From Schmidtea nova (taxonomy: Eukaryota): a stretch of 64,000 nucleotides of DNA. The DNA lies in NCBI GenBank assembly GCA_044892505.1, contig CM097883.1, positions 266,104,001 through 266,168,000 on the forward strand, in the 5' to 3' direction. The notes below the pieces were generated by a model. That model was given only the letters and a program-made list of their open reading frames with translations, searched no databases and had not been told where the DNA came from. Within the stretch, counting starts at the first letter, position 1; each line of letters opens with the position of its first letter. The translations under genes were made by a program, and so were the position numbers. Positions 36,505-47,901 of this stretch are shown here, piece after piece.

Positions 36505-37858
36505 TTTTTTTTTTTTTTTTATTTTTCATTTTCATGGTTATCGCGTCTGTGTGCGCGTTTTGTTGGGACTTTTATTTGAGGTTTGGAATAAATTGATTGA
36601 GAAATAAAATCGTGGAGTTTAAAAATCTGGTTGTTTTATCGTGTGATTTGTTGGATAAAATTGAATTTCTGGGAGTTTTGAAATCTTTGCTGAGTAATTC
36701 TTTGTGATTGATTCGAATTTTCTGAAATGACATCAAGCTTGATCTTATTACATTTTAATCATGTTGGCAACGTTCTCATACAAGTAGACTCTAATTCGAT
36801 AGTTGACATTCAAACTGAAGACGATGCTTTGGAAACGAAAGAGTGTATCTCTATAGATTGTGAAAATAATATTATATCCTCAAGAGATATCAATCCTACT
36901 TTTCAATTTAAGAAAGTTAATTGTGAGTAGGTAGTTAGTGGCTCCCCAACCCAGTGGCTCCCCAACCCACCCCCCCCTAGAAAAAAAGTGGGTTGGGGAG
37001 CCACTATGTTTTTTCGTCGATCTTTTGTATAGGAAAATTTTCGTCGATCTTTTGTATAGGAAAATTTTGTCGGTCTTTTGTACAGGTGGGTTGGGGAGCC
37101 ACTATGTTTTTGGGTCGATCTTTTGTATAGGAAATTTTTATCAATCTTTTGAATAGGATTTTCTACTCGGAGATTTTTTTCTCGGGCAAAAAGGGACTCT
37201 GAAATTTTGTACAGTGATTTTTGATCTGGTATTTTTGAATAGGATTTTTGTTATGGTTATTTTGAATAGAGAATTTTATGTCGGTCTTTTGTATAGAAAA
37301 ATTTTTTTCAATCTTTTCTATAGGATTTTTTTTTGTCAGTCGAGGCATATGGCTAGAGCTAGAGAAACTCATGTGATAAAGTAAAACGGGCTATTAACCT
37401 GGAGTTTTATTTTCCTGATTAAAGCACAGGCTCCGTTTCAGATCGTCCTTATAGGTACGAAGTTGAATTGGATGCTTCACCCGCTTTTCCCACCCAGGAT
37501 TGGCAGGGATCCTCCCTTATCAGAGTTTAACCCAAATGTACACCCGGTTTTTCTCCGTACTATGTACACTCAGTTCAGCCTTGCACACTTTTACTCATAG
37601 TGATACACATAAAAGGGCAGCCCCGAAGGACCACCAGGTGTCTCACATCCGAAAAGTTGGAAGAAGCCAACCCACCCCCTGCGGTACCATCTAGGAGCCT
37701 AGGAATGGTTACGACCTCTCCCCGTGCATGGATACTATCAACAAGACTGTCGATATCCATCTCGGTGAGCACGTTGACCCACCTGAAATGCATTAATTCA
37801 AATTGTCCAATCTTGTAATGTTTCCATTTAGACCTTTCAACCTAAACTAATACACCAC

Positions 37859-37926
37859 CGCATACGTCTTCTGTCCCATTTACATTATGGTTACCAGGAA
37901 GCACCCCGTGGAGGCCCGTAATTGCG
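37859..37926 (-). ncRNA. HDV-like ribozyme core of the SIDE-like element
   Basis: Sense CGCAATTACG-G-GCC-TCCACGG-GGT-GCTTCCT-GG-TAA-CCAT..ATGG-GACAGAAGA-CGTATGCG. Confidence 0.7.
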
Positions 37927-38340
37927 ATTTCTCTTCGTGCACTAACAGTACTATACCGTACTTAAATGTGCCAAGAGCGGTATCACTGCAAATACCCGGC
38001 CAACATGACGTCGGCAGATGTCGGATACATTAGTAGACACATTTTGGCAAAAATCTGATTGCTGTTCTCAAGCTAATTCCCGTAGCCAAAGAACATACTA
38101 TAATATCCGGAGTCCCATGAGAAGATAGCCTCCGAGGAGACGCATAAGACATTAAAAGGGATATTATAGCTCTAACCACTCAGGCTCACAAGGTCCTTTG
38201 CAGTTTTACTATACAATCAAATTAACTAATCCGAACCACTTCTAGATTGACGCCTAGGGTCCTTACAGATCCGTTAAACCTGTAGATTCACATCGCCGCG
38301 TCTCTAGAGCCAATAATTTTATTTGAGGTCCAGATCGAAT

Positions 38341-38589
38341 TAGTCCGTGCCAGTTCTAAGTTGACCGTTTAGTGTACAACGACGATCATCAATCCGAAGA
38401 CCAACAACCAAAGCAAAATTCGCCCATCAACCAGTTAAAAAAGTACCATCTCAACACCATTTCAAGTTGCCTCAAAACAGCATCAAAACAGCTCAATTCT
38501 ATACCAACTGACTTCTTAACTAAGCCCATCATACCCGGTCCTTAGAGCCAATCCTTTTACCGAAGGTACGGATCTAATTTGCCGACTTC
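38341..38589 (-). rRNA. 28S: 28S rRNA gene fragment at the 5' end of the SIDE-like element
   Basis: Same fragment and same inner junction GGCACGGACTA. Confidence 0.9.
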
Positions 38590-38717
38590 TTTTTTTCTTA
38601 CCATCGCGTCTGTGTGCGCATTATGATTTTCATGGTTATCGCGTCTGTGTGCGCGTTTTGTTGGGACTTTTATTTGAGGTTTGGAATAAATTGATTGAGA
38701 AATAAAATCGTGGAGTT

Positions 38718-40400
38718 TATGTCGATCATTTGTATAGGAAATTTTTTTTCATTCATTTGTATAGGATTTTCTATTCCGAGATTTTTCTCGGCCAAAAAGG
38801 GACTCTGGTATTTTTGTACATGGAATTTTGGTATTTTTGTATAGGATTTTGGTCTGGTTATTTTGAACAGGGATTTTTGGTCTGGTATTTTTGTATAGGA
38901 TTTTTAGTCAAGTATTTTGTATAGGATTTTGGTCTGGATTTTTTGAATATAATTTTCTACTCGCAGATTTTTTTTAGGGTAAAAAAAGGGAATCTGGCAA
39001 TTTTGAACTAAAAATTAAATGGTAAATAAAAAACACGTGTAAATTTTTTAAACTAGTAAAATACATTGAAATTATTTTGAATAGGATTTTCAATTCCCAG
39101 ATTTTTCTTCAGGCAAATATAGACTCTGGTAATTTTGAACTAAATTTTTTATGGTAAATAAAAACACGTGTAAAATTTTTAAACTAGTAAAATAGATTGA
39201 AATTATTTTGAATTGTATTTTCTACTCCCAGATTTTTTCTAGGGCAAAAAGGGACTCTGGTAATTTTGAATAGAAATTTTAAATAAAGATTTAAGAAAAG
39301 GGTATTAAACACGTGATTTAATTAAATATGCAATAAAACATGGAGAAATTTACAAAAACAAAAGAATGACATAATTTTTAAAACTTAATGAAAAAGGGTA
39401 AAATTAAGGCAAAGTCAGAGTTAAAATGACATAATATTTAAAATTAAATAAAAAGGGTTAAATTAAGGCAAAGTCAGAGTTGAATGATGCAATATTTAAA
39501 ATTTAATGAAAAAAGGGTAAATTTTTTTGGGCAATCTCGGAGTTGGTAAATTAAAAGTAAAATTTTTTAAAGTAAATTTTTTCAAAGAAAAATTTTTTAG
39601 AATAAAATTTTTTATACAATTTTTATAAAATCTTAAACTAAATTCAATAAACTTTTTTATACTGAAATTTTTAAGAGATTTTATGATAAATAAAAACACA
39701 TCTTAATTTAGAAAAATGATAAATAGATTTAAATGGTTAAATTAAATAGGCAATAAAACTTGGAGAATTTTTACAAAGACAAAAAAAAATGACATAATAT
39801 TTAAAATTTTATAAAAAAGGGTAAAATTAAAGCAAAGTCAGAGTTGAATGATGCAATATTTAAAATTTAATAAAAAGGGTAAAATTAAGGCAAAGTCAGA
39901 ATTGAAATGACATAATATGAAAAATTTTAAAAAATAAGTACGAAATTTTTTGGGAAATCTCGGAGTTGGTAATTTAAAAGTAAAATTTTTAAAGTAAAAT
40001 TTTTAAAGTAAATTTTTCAAAGTAAAATGTTTGAGAATAAAATTTTTTATACAATTTTTATAAAATCTTAAACTAAATTCAATAAACTTTTTTATACTTA
40101 AATTTTTATGATAAATAAAAAACACGTATAAATTTAGAAAAATGATAAATAGATTTAAATGGTTAAATTAAATATGCAATAAAACATAGAGAATTTTACA
40201 AAGACAAAAGAATGACATAATATTTAAAATTTTATAAAAAGGGTAAAATAAGGGCAAAGTCAGAGTTCAAATGACATAATATTTAAAATTTAATAAAAAA
40301 AAGGGTAAAATTAAGGCAAACTGAGAGTTGAAATGACATAATATGAAAAATTTTATAAAATAAGTACGAAACTTTTTGGCAAACTCCGAGTTGGTAAATT
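38718..40400. repeat. Diverged TIR-like repeats grading into AT-rich ~57-bp and ~430-bp duplications
   Basis: TTTGTATAGGATTTT and CAAAAAGGGACTCTGG motifs shared with the TIR; repeated AAAAGGGTAAAATTAAGGCAAAGTCAGAGTTGAAATGACATAAT. Confidence 0.8.
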
Positions 40401-41699
40401 TTTAAATATAAAATTAAAATTCTTTCACAAAATGAAATTTTCAAACTAATAAAAGTCTTAACTAAAAATTTTTACCAAATAAAAATTAATCAACAAATAA
40501 AATTTTTTACCAAATAAAAATTAAACAATACAAATCAAATTTCAAATACTAATTTTTTTTCAAGAAAGGTTTTGTTGTAATATATTCTTCTTAATTCAGT
40601 CAAAAGAAAAGTGTTTGGTCTGGGAATTTCCAAAAATTAAAAAGTTGTCAGAATTCAATAATTTTTATACCAATCTACTGAGAATTGAAAGGCGAACAAT
40701 AAAGGTCAAAAAATTAAAATCATGAAAAAATCAAAATTTTATACAGGAAATGCCAGTCTCAGTAAAAAAGGGTAAAGTACATAAAAAACGTGGAAATATT
40801 TAAAAAATTTTTAAACTAAATAATTAATTCTAAATAAATTTATGATAATTAAATAAAAAAAGTAAATAATTTCTATATGAATTTCCAAACTCAGTAAATA
40901 ATTCACTCAATATTTTTGTAATGAATTTATTAAATAAAATGGTACATTAAATAAAAAGCATGGAAATAATAAGTAAATTAAAGTTTGAATTTTAAAATAA
41001 TTTTTTCTGGATTTATGAAAAATGGTAAAGTAAATAAATTAAAGATAGAATTTTTAAAATAAATTAAGAATTTAAAGATAAATAGAATTATAAGCAAATA
41101 GTATTTTTTTTAAATAAGTAAATTAAGAAAGACGTGAGTTTTAATATCATAATTTTAAAATGAATCGGCTTTAAATGAACTTTTTAATCTAATATTTGAA
41201 AAATGTGAGAATAATTAAATATTTTTGAAATTCTTTAAAGTAAATTTTTTAACAATAAAGTCAATGTAGAAAATTTTAACTATAAAATCAATGTATTTTT
41301 TTTAAAATCATCAACCAACAAGTAAAATTTTTTTTAATTAATAAATACAAAGTAAATATTTTTCACAAGTAAAATTTTTAACTAATAAATACAAATCTAA
41401 ATGTTTTTCAATATGATCTTTTTTAAAGAAATAATCAAATAACAACAAATAAATGTAGTAAATAAAACACTTGTAAATATTAAATTTATTTAGAATAAAA
41501 GTAGTTATTAAACAAGAGTTGTTACAATTTTGTATACTAAGTTAAAAAATATTGATTAATGACATAAATTTTTAAAAATAAACGTAATAATTGAAAATAT
41601 GGGAACAAGTAAAATAATAATATTAATAATAATAATAACAATAATAAGTAACACTTATCAATCAATCTAAGTACCAACAATAAACCGATCAACTAACTA

Positions 41700-43990
41700 A
41701 TAATCTCATTACATACACACACAAATCAACAACCGAATAGTTAATGATCAGATACCAACTGACTCTATCCACAAATAAAAAACCAACTAGTTACTTACCA
41801 GTTACCAACTGACTCTATATTAACCAACTAGGAAAATTGTTCCATATGTCAATCAATTATCTCTTCTTATTAACTAGATATCAATTAATCCAATCCCCTT
41901 AGTTAACAAACAGACCAATTCCTTACTTACTTACTACTTCTACACGTTAACCAACTAGTTCTATACACCAACCAATTGGTTCTATTCATTAATCATATAC
42001 CAACCAACCAACTACCCACTCTATACATACTAACCAGCAACTAATCTCTTACATACCAACTAGTTCTCTACATTAACCAACTAACTCTTCTCACAAACCA
42101 ACTAACTCTTCTCATTAACCAACTACTTCTATTCACAAATCCCCAACCAACTACACTAATCAACTAACTAACTATACATACTAACCAACAACTAATATCT
42201 TACTTACCAACTAACTCTTCTCATTAACCAACTAACTCTATTCACAAATCCCCAACCAACTACACTAATCAACTAATTAACTAACTAACTAACTATGCAT
42301 TCTAACCAACAACTAATCTCTTACTTACCAACTAACTCTTCTCATCAACCAACTAGTTCTATACATCAACCAACTAACTCTTCTCATTAACCAACAAACT
42401 CTTCTCATTAACCAACTAACTCTTCTCATTAACCAACTAACTCTTCTCATCAACCAACTAACTCTTCTCATTAACCAACTAACTCTATTCACAAATCCCC
42501 AACCAACTACACTAATCAACTAACTAACTAACTATGCATACTAACCAACAACTAATCTCTTACTTACCAACTAGTTCTTTATATCAACCAACTAATTCTT
42601 CTCATCAACCAACTAACTCTATTCACAAATCACCAACCAACTACACTAATCAACTAACTAACTATACACACTAACCAACAACTAATTCCTTGCTTGCTAA
42701 CTACATCAATACATCAACCAACTAACTCTTCACATCAACAAATTAACTGTTCTCATCAATCAACTAACTCTTCTCATTTACCAAGCAACTCTATTCACAA
42801 ATCCCCAACCAACTACACTAATCAACTAACTAACTATACATACTAACCAACAACTAATATCTTACTTACCAACTAACTCTTCTCATTAACCAACTAACTC
42901 TATTCACAAATCCCCAACCAACTACACTAATCAACTAACTAACTAACTAACTAACTATGCATTCTAACCAACAACTAATCTCTTACTTACCAACTAACTC
43001 TTCTCATCAACCAACTAGTTCTATACATCAACCAACTAACTCTTCTCATTAACCAACAAACTCTTCTCATTAACCAACTAACTCTTCTCATTAACCAACT
43101 AACTCTTCTCATCAACCAACTAACTCTTCTCATTAACCAACTAACTCTATTCACAAATCCCCAACCAACTACACTAATCAACTAACTAACTAACTATGCA
43201 TACTAACCAACAACTAATCTCTTACTTACCAACTAGTTCTTTATATCAACCAACTAATTCTTCTCATCAACCAACTAACTCTATTCACAAATCACCAACC
43301 AACTACACTAATCAACTAACTAACTATACACACTAACCAACAACTAATTCCTTGCTTGCTAACTACATCAATACATCAACCAACTAACTCTTCACATCAA
43401 CAAATTAACTGTTCTCATCAATCAACTAACTCTTCTCATTTACCAAGCAACTCTATTCACAAATCATCAACCAACTACACTAATCAACTAACTAACTACA
43501 CACTAACCAACAACTAATTCCTTGCTTACCAACTACATCAATACATCAACAAACTAACTCTTCACATTAACCAACAAATATTATTCATTAATCTTATACC
43601 AACCATACCAATTATATTAACCAACTAACTAACTAAACACTCTAACTATCAACCAATACCTTACTTTCCAACTACTTCTTCTCATTAACCAACTAAATCT
43701 ATTCACAAATCACCAATACTTACCTACCAAGTAGTTTTACACATTAACCAACTACTTCTACATGTTTACCAACTAGTTCTTTACATTAACCAACTAGTTC
43801 TATACATTAACCAACTAACTCTATTCATAAATCAACAACAGACTAGTTACTTATTAAATATCAATTAATTCTATTTACAATCAACTAGTTAAATCAACTA
43901 ATTGAATACCAACTGACTCTCTATATTAAACAAATAATTCTTCACTCTAAGGAAATTGTTCCACGTATCAATTAACTCTTCGCATTAACT
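41700..43990. repeat. Strand-asymmetric AACCAACT/AACT satellite with ~110-bp monomers and a 662-bp higher-order duplication
   Basis: G nearly absent on the + strand; identical track ORFs at 42325 and 42987 give a period of 662. Confidence 0.92.
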
Positions 43991-44429
43991 AGATATGATA
44001 TTTAAAACTAACTTAGAATAATTGAATTAATCTTTAGTTGATTATCAGTTTTTAAAAAAGGTATACAAATAACCGCGTTGTTAAAATGAAATGTTTTTTT
44101 TATTAAATAAAGTTCTTAAAATTTAGAATATATTTAAAATACAATGACTTTTAATCCAAAGCTCTATTGAAATCATTGTTCATCTAATTCTTCACTTGAT
44201 AACTAACATGTATAATTAATTTAAAAATGTATAATTAATAAAAAACTCTGTTAACTAGGTAAACATATTAAAATGATAAGTAAGCAACTAATGAAATATT
44301 TTTTGATACTTCTTATTACATGTTCAATTTAATTCGTCACTCCGTTAATTTAAAGGATTAAATAAATAAATATTCAATTAATTCTAAAAATAATAAAAAT
44401 TAATTCAAAAATTTCAATACAAATATTTA

Positions 44430-44630
44430 TTTATTAAACATTTTTATTAACCATGCTAAACAGTGCTACCAAGTGTTTTTTGTCATTGGATTCTAGTATC
44501 AGATTCTGTTATATTCAATTCACATCAACATTGACGATATGTTTTTTATCAATAGCGGCGGATAATAAAATCCCATTGGATCAAACATGTGTATTTTATC
44601 GGGTTTCACATAAACTGCAATCATGAAAAT
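44430..44630 (-). pseudogene. Adenain-like (Maverick/Polinton PRO) cysteine protease relic
   Basis: H(W)IAVYVKPDKIHMFDPMGFYYPP...IEYNRI*Y*NP...TW*HCLAWL resembles HW.A....FDPFG...YN...Q....CG.HCL; stops are consistent with C-to-T decay. Confidence 0.7.
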
Positions 44631-44649
44631 AAAATTTGAATCTTTTGCA

Positions 44650-45145
44650 AGTAAAAACCATTACAAAAGAGGTTCTGCTACCAAAGGTTCTGTTAGAAAG
44701 GTTCTGTTAGAAAGGTTCTGTTAGAAAGGTTCTGCTACTTGATAAATTTAATGAAAATCTATCAATAATGGTATATAAGTGAATATACAATATGAATCTT
44801 TTACAGGTAAAAACCATAACAAAAGAGGTTCTGCTACCAAAGGTTCTGTTAGAAAGGTTCTGCTACGTTATAAATTTAATGAAAATTTATCAATAATAGA
44901 ATATAAGTGAATATACAATATGAATCTTTTACAGGTAAAAACCATCACAAAAGAGGTTCTGCTACCAAAGGTTCTGCTAGAAAGGTTCTGCTACGTGATA
45001 AATTTAATGAAAATGTATCGATAATGGTATATAAGTGAATTTACAATATGAATCTTTTTCATGCAAAAACCAACACAAAAGAAGTTCTTCTACTAAGGTT
45101 TTGTTACCAAGGTGCTGTTACTAAGGTTATATTAGAAAAGTTCTG
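44650..45145. repeat. ~125-bp tandem repeat containing AAAGGTTCTG(C/T)TA subrepeats
   Basis: Read directly, about 4 units. Confidence 0.88.
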
Positions 45146-45715
45146 ATACTGAATATAATTTTTAATAATGAATTTTACCAAAATATTTATTGATTTTTCA
45201 TTTTAAATATTTTCAGTGAATTATTAATATTAAAATTTTTAATACTTTTATTATTATTATTAACACGTAATAATTTTTGTAACATTAAATCTGTTTCGAA
45301 TATTCTTTATGAAATTTATAAAAGTTGATATAATAAGAAAAACTAATCAATTTATTCACAAAGGGCAAATTATGTATGTGATGCAGTTACCTGTTTGGGT
45401 ATAGTAACTTTTCATTGAATTGTGACAGTTTTTATCATAATTCGATGCATTACAATATTTTTTTTTGATATAATCTGTCTATTAAAAGATTATGCATAAA
45501 TAATTAATTATCATATTAAAATAAAGTGTGTATCTGCACACAAAAATATCGATAAATAAAAATTAATAAAAATGTTAAACGAAATCTGATTGGTTAATTT
45601 TAAATTATGAAAACATATATAAATTGATTAAAAATTACAGATTTCATTAAAAATGTATCAACTTAAAAGTAAGTGTAATTAATTTTAAATGATTATTTTT
45701 AATATTTTATTCTAG

Positions 45716-46194
45716 AATCTTCGAACAAAAAGATGTTGAAACAAGAAGTAATGAAAATTATTCTTGAAGAAAATTCTATTTCGGCATCAAATTTGGTTAT
45801 GAATCCTGCAGTTCAATTTCTACAATACTCGATGGAATATTTAAAATTTCCAATCATTTATTCATTTAAAGTATATATTTATTTAATTAAAATAAATTTC
45901 TAATATTTTTTTTTATAGGAACCTGTTACATTGAAACAATGCATGTATAATCTTCAAGTGGGGAAAATTGGAGATATTGATAGACGAAATATTTCAGAAA
46001 TTTTGTTAGCAATCAACAAAGAAATACAATTTAATGAAGCTTTTACGTATATGAATTGCAATAAAGATTGTAATTTGAAAAATTTCGATGAAAATTCGAT
46101 ATATCAAATTAAGATAATGATTCAAGGCTTCAAAGAATCTAATGTTGTTGTCAAGCCTGTTTGGAAAATTATAGAAACAAATATATGCGAATAA
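45716..46194 (+). CDS. Hypothetical two-exon ORF remnant (intron ~45871-45918)
   Basis: GTATAT...TTTTTTATAG intron joins two open frames; no recognisable domain. Confidence 0.3.
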
Positions 46195-46862
46195 AATTTA
46201 TTTATCAAATCTTATCTTTTCATTTTAATTTTTTTTTGTTTTGGTTAATTTAAATTTTTAATAACAATTATTTAATGTGTTAAATTTATTACCATTTAAA
46301 ATCGATTAATTTTTTATTAAAAAAAAATAATTAATTTTATTATCATAATTATTCTAAATTGATTTTGTTTTAATAATTGATTATACGTTTAAAATTAAAA
46401 TTCAAATTAATTTTCTTTAATATTTCCCGGCAACAATAATTAATTCGGAATTTGATATATATTCGAATATAAATCAAATTCCGAATTAATTATTGTTGCC
46501 AAGAAATATTAAAGAAAATTAATTTGAATTTTAATTTTAAACGTATAATCAATTATTAAAACAAAATCAATTTAGAATAATTATGATAATAAAATTAATT
46601 ATTTTTTTTTAATAAAAAATTAATCGATTTTAAATGGTAATAAATTTAACACATTAAATAATTGTTATTAAAAATTTAAATTAACCAAAACAAAAAAAAA
46701 TTAAAATGAAAAGATAAGATTTGATAAATAAATTTTATTCGCATATATTTGTTTCTATAATTTTCCAAACAGGCTTGACAACAACATTAGATTCTTTGAA
46801 GCCTTGAATCATTATCTTAATTTGATATATCGAATTTTCATCGAAATTTTTCAAATTACAAT
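46067..46862. repeat. ~800-bp spacerless palindrome centred at 46464/46465
   Basis: Arms are reverse complements with a few mismatches; centre TATATTC|GAATATA. Confidence 0.95.
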
Positions 46863-46863
46863 T

Positions 46864-47108
46864 TCGGCAAATTAGATCCGTACCTTCGGTAAAAGGATTG
46901 GCTCTAAGGACCGGGTATGATGGGCTTAGTTAAGAAGTCAGTTGGTATAGAATTGAGCTGTTTTGATGCTGTTTTGAGGCAACTTGAAATGGTGTTGAGA
47001 TGGTACTTTTTTAACTGGTTGATGGGCGAATTTTGCTTTGGTTGTTAGTCTTCGGATTGATGATCGTCGTTGTACACTAAACGGTCAACTTAGAACTGGC
47101 ACGGACTA
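46864..47108 (+). rRNA. 28S: 28S rRNA gene fragment at the 5' end of the right-arm R2
   Basis: TCGGCAAATTAGATCCGTACCTTCGG...GGATTGGCTCTAAGG...CAACTTAGAACTGGCACGGACTA. Confidence 0.9.
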
Positions 47109-47373
47109 AGTCTAGTTTGCTAGGATCTCCGATTGTCTAACTTAAATAACTATAACTAACAAAGTGGTGTCGTGAGATACCCGGAGTTGTAGTAAACTAT
47201 GATTTATCATAGTATTTTCTTAGGTTACTGACTATAACCGAGGAAAGGACAATTGGAACCTGCCATGGTGAATATAATATAACATCTGCCGTAATTGTTG
47301 GCTGGGTGTTTCCGATTTACAACTTTCTAGTACAATAGTACAATTTAGTACATATGTGCGTGAGAAAGAAGTT

Positions 47374-47443
47374 CGAGTTTACGGGCCTTCACGGGGTCTT
47401 CCTGTTAACCATATGGAAATATGGAACCAAAAACGTAAACTCG
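47374..47443 (+). ncRNA. HDV-like ribozyme core, right-arm R2
   Basis: P2 CGAGTTTACG/CGTAAACTCG, P3 GCC/GGT, L3 TTCACGG, P1-3' TCTTCCT, P4 CCATAT/ATATGG, J4/2 AACCAAAAA. Confidence 0.7.
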
Positions 47444-47901
47444 GTAATAGTCATTTGATCTCATTATCCTTCCTTCGGGAGGTGATTTTAATTATCGTTA
47501 CGTTCTATAGTAGCGTTTTGAGAGGTTCACTTTTGGTAATATATATATGTCCAGAAGTGCCTCTTTAAGGTGATAGTATATGAAAATATACCTTTATGGC
47601 AACATGAAGTTTAAGATCCGATCTTCTAGTGAGAATCTCTGTGGGACGCCCGGAGTAACCGAACTAGGAAGACTGTACTGAGATTATACTAAGAATTACT
47701 CTCACTCTTTTGTTAAAAACAGTGTTAATTCTTATAATGGATCTTAAATCTACCAGCGAATATATACATTAGTACTTATTCTGCGAGTGTAGTGCGGGGA
47801 CGCCTTTGAAACTAGAGGAACTGATTGAACGATCTGGTCGATGTTGGATAAAATATAGTGATGGTAATAATCGTGTTTGGTTCGAGGTTGGTTATATCAG
47901 T

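Larger units (their letters stand above)
37341..38589 (-). mobile_element. Short non-autonomous R2 derivative (SIDE-like)
   Basis: Same 28S 5' fragment and 3' target remnant; diverged ribozyme and 3' UTR homology; no RT ORF; ~1 kb body. Confidence 0.75.

Noticed and set aside
41700-43990. Canonical telomere array (TTAGGG, TTAGGC or TTAGG)
   Set aside because: Units are AACCAACT/AACT variants, internal and higher-order; kept only as telomere-like
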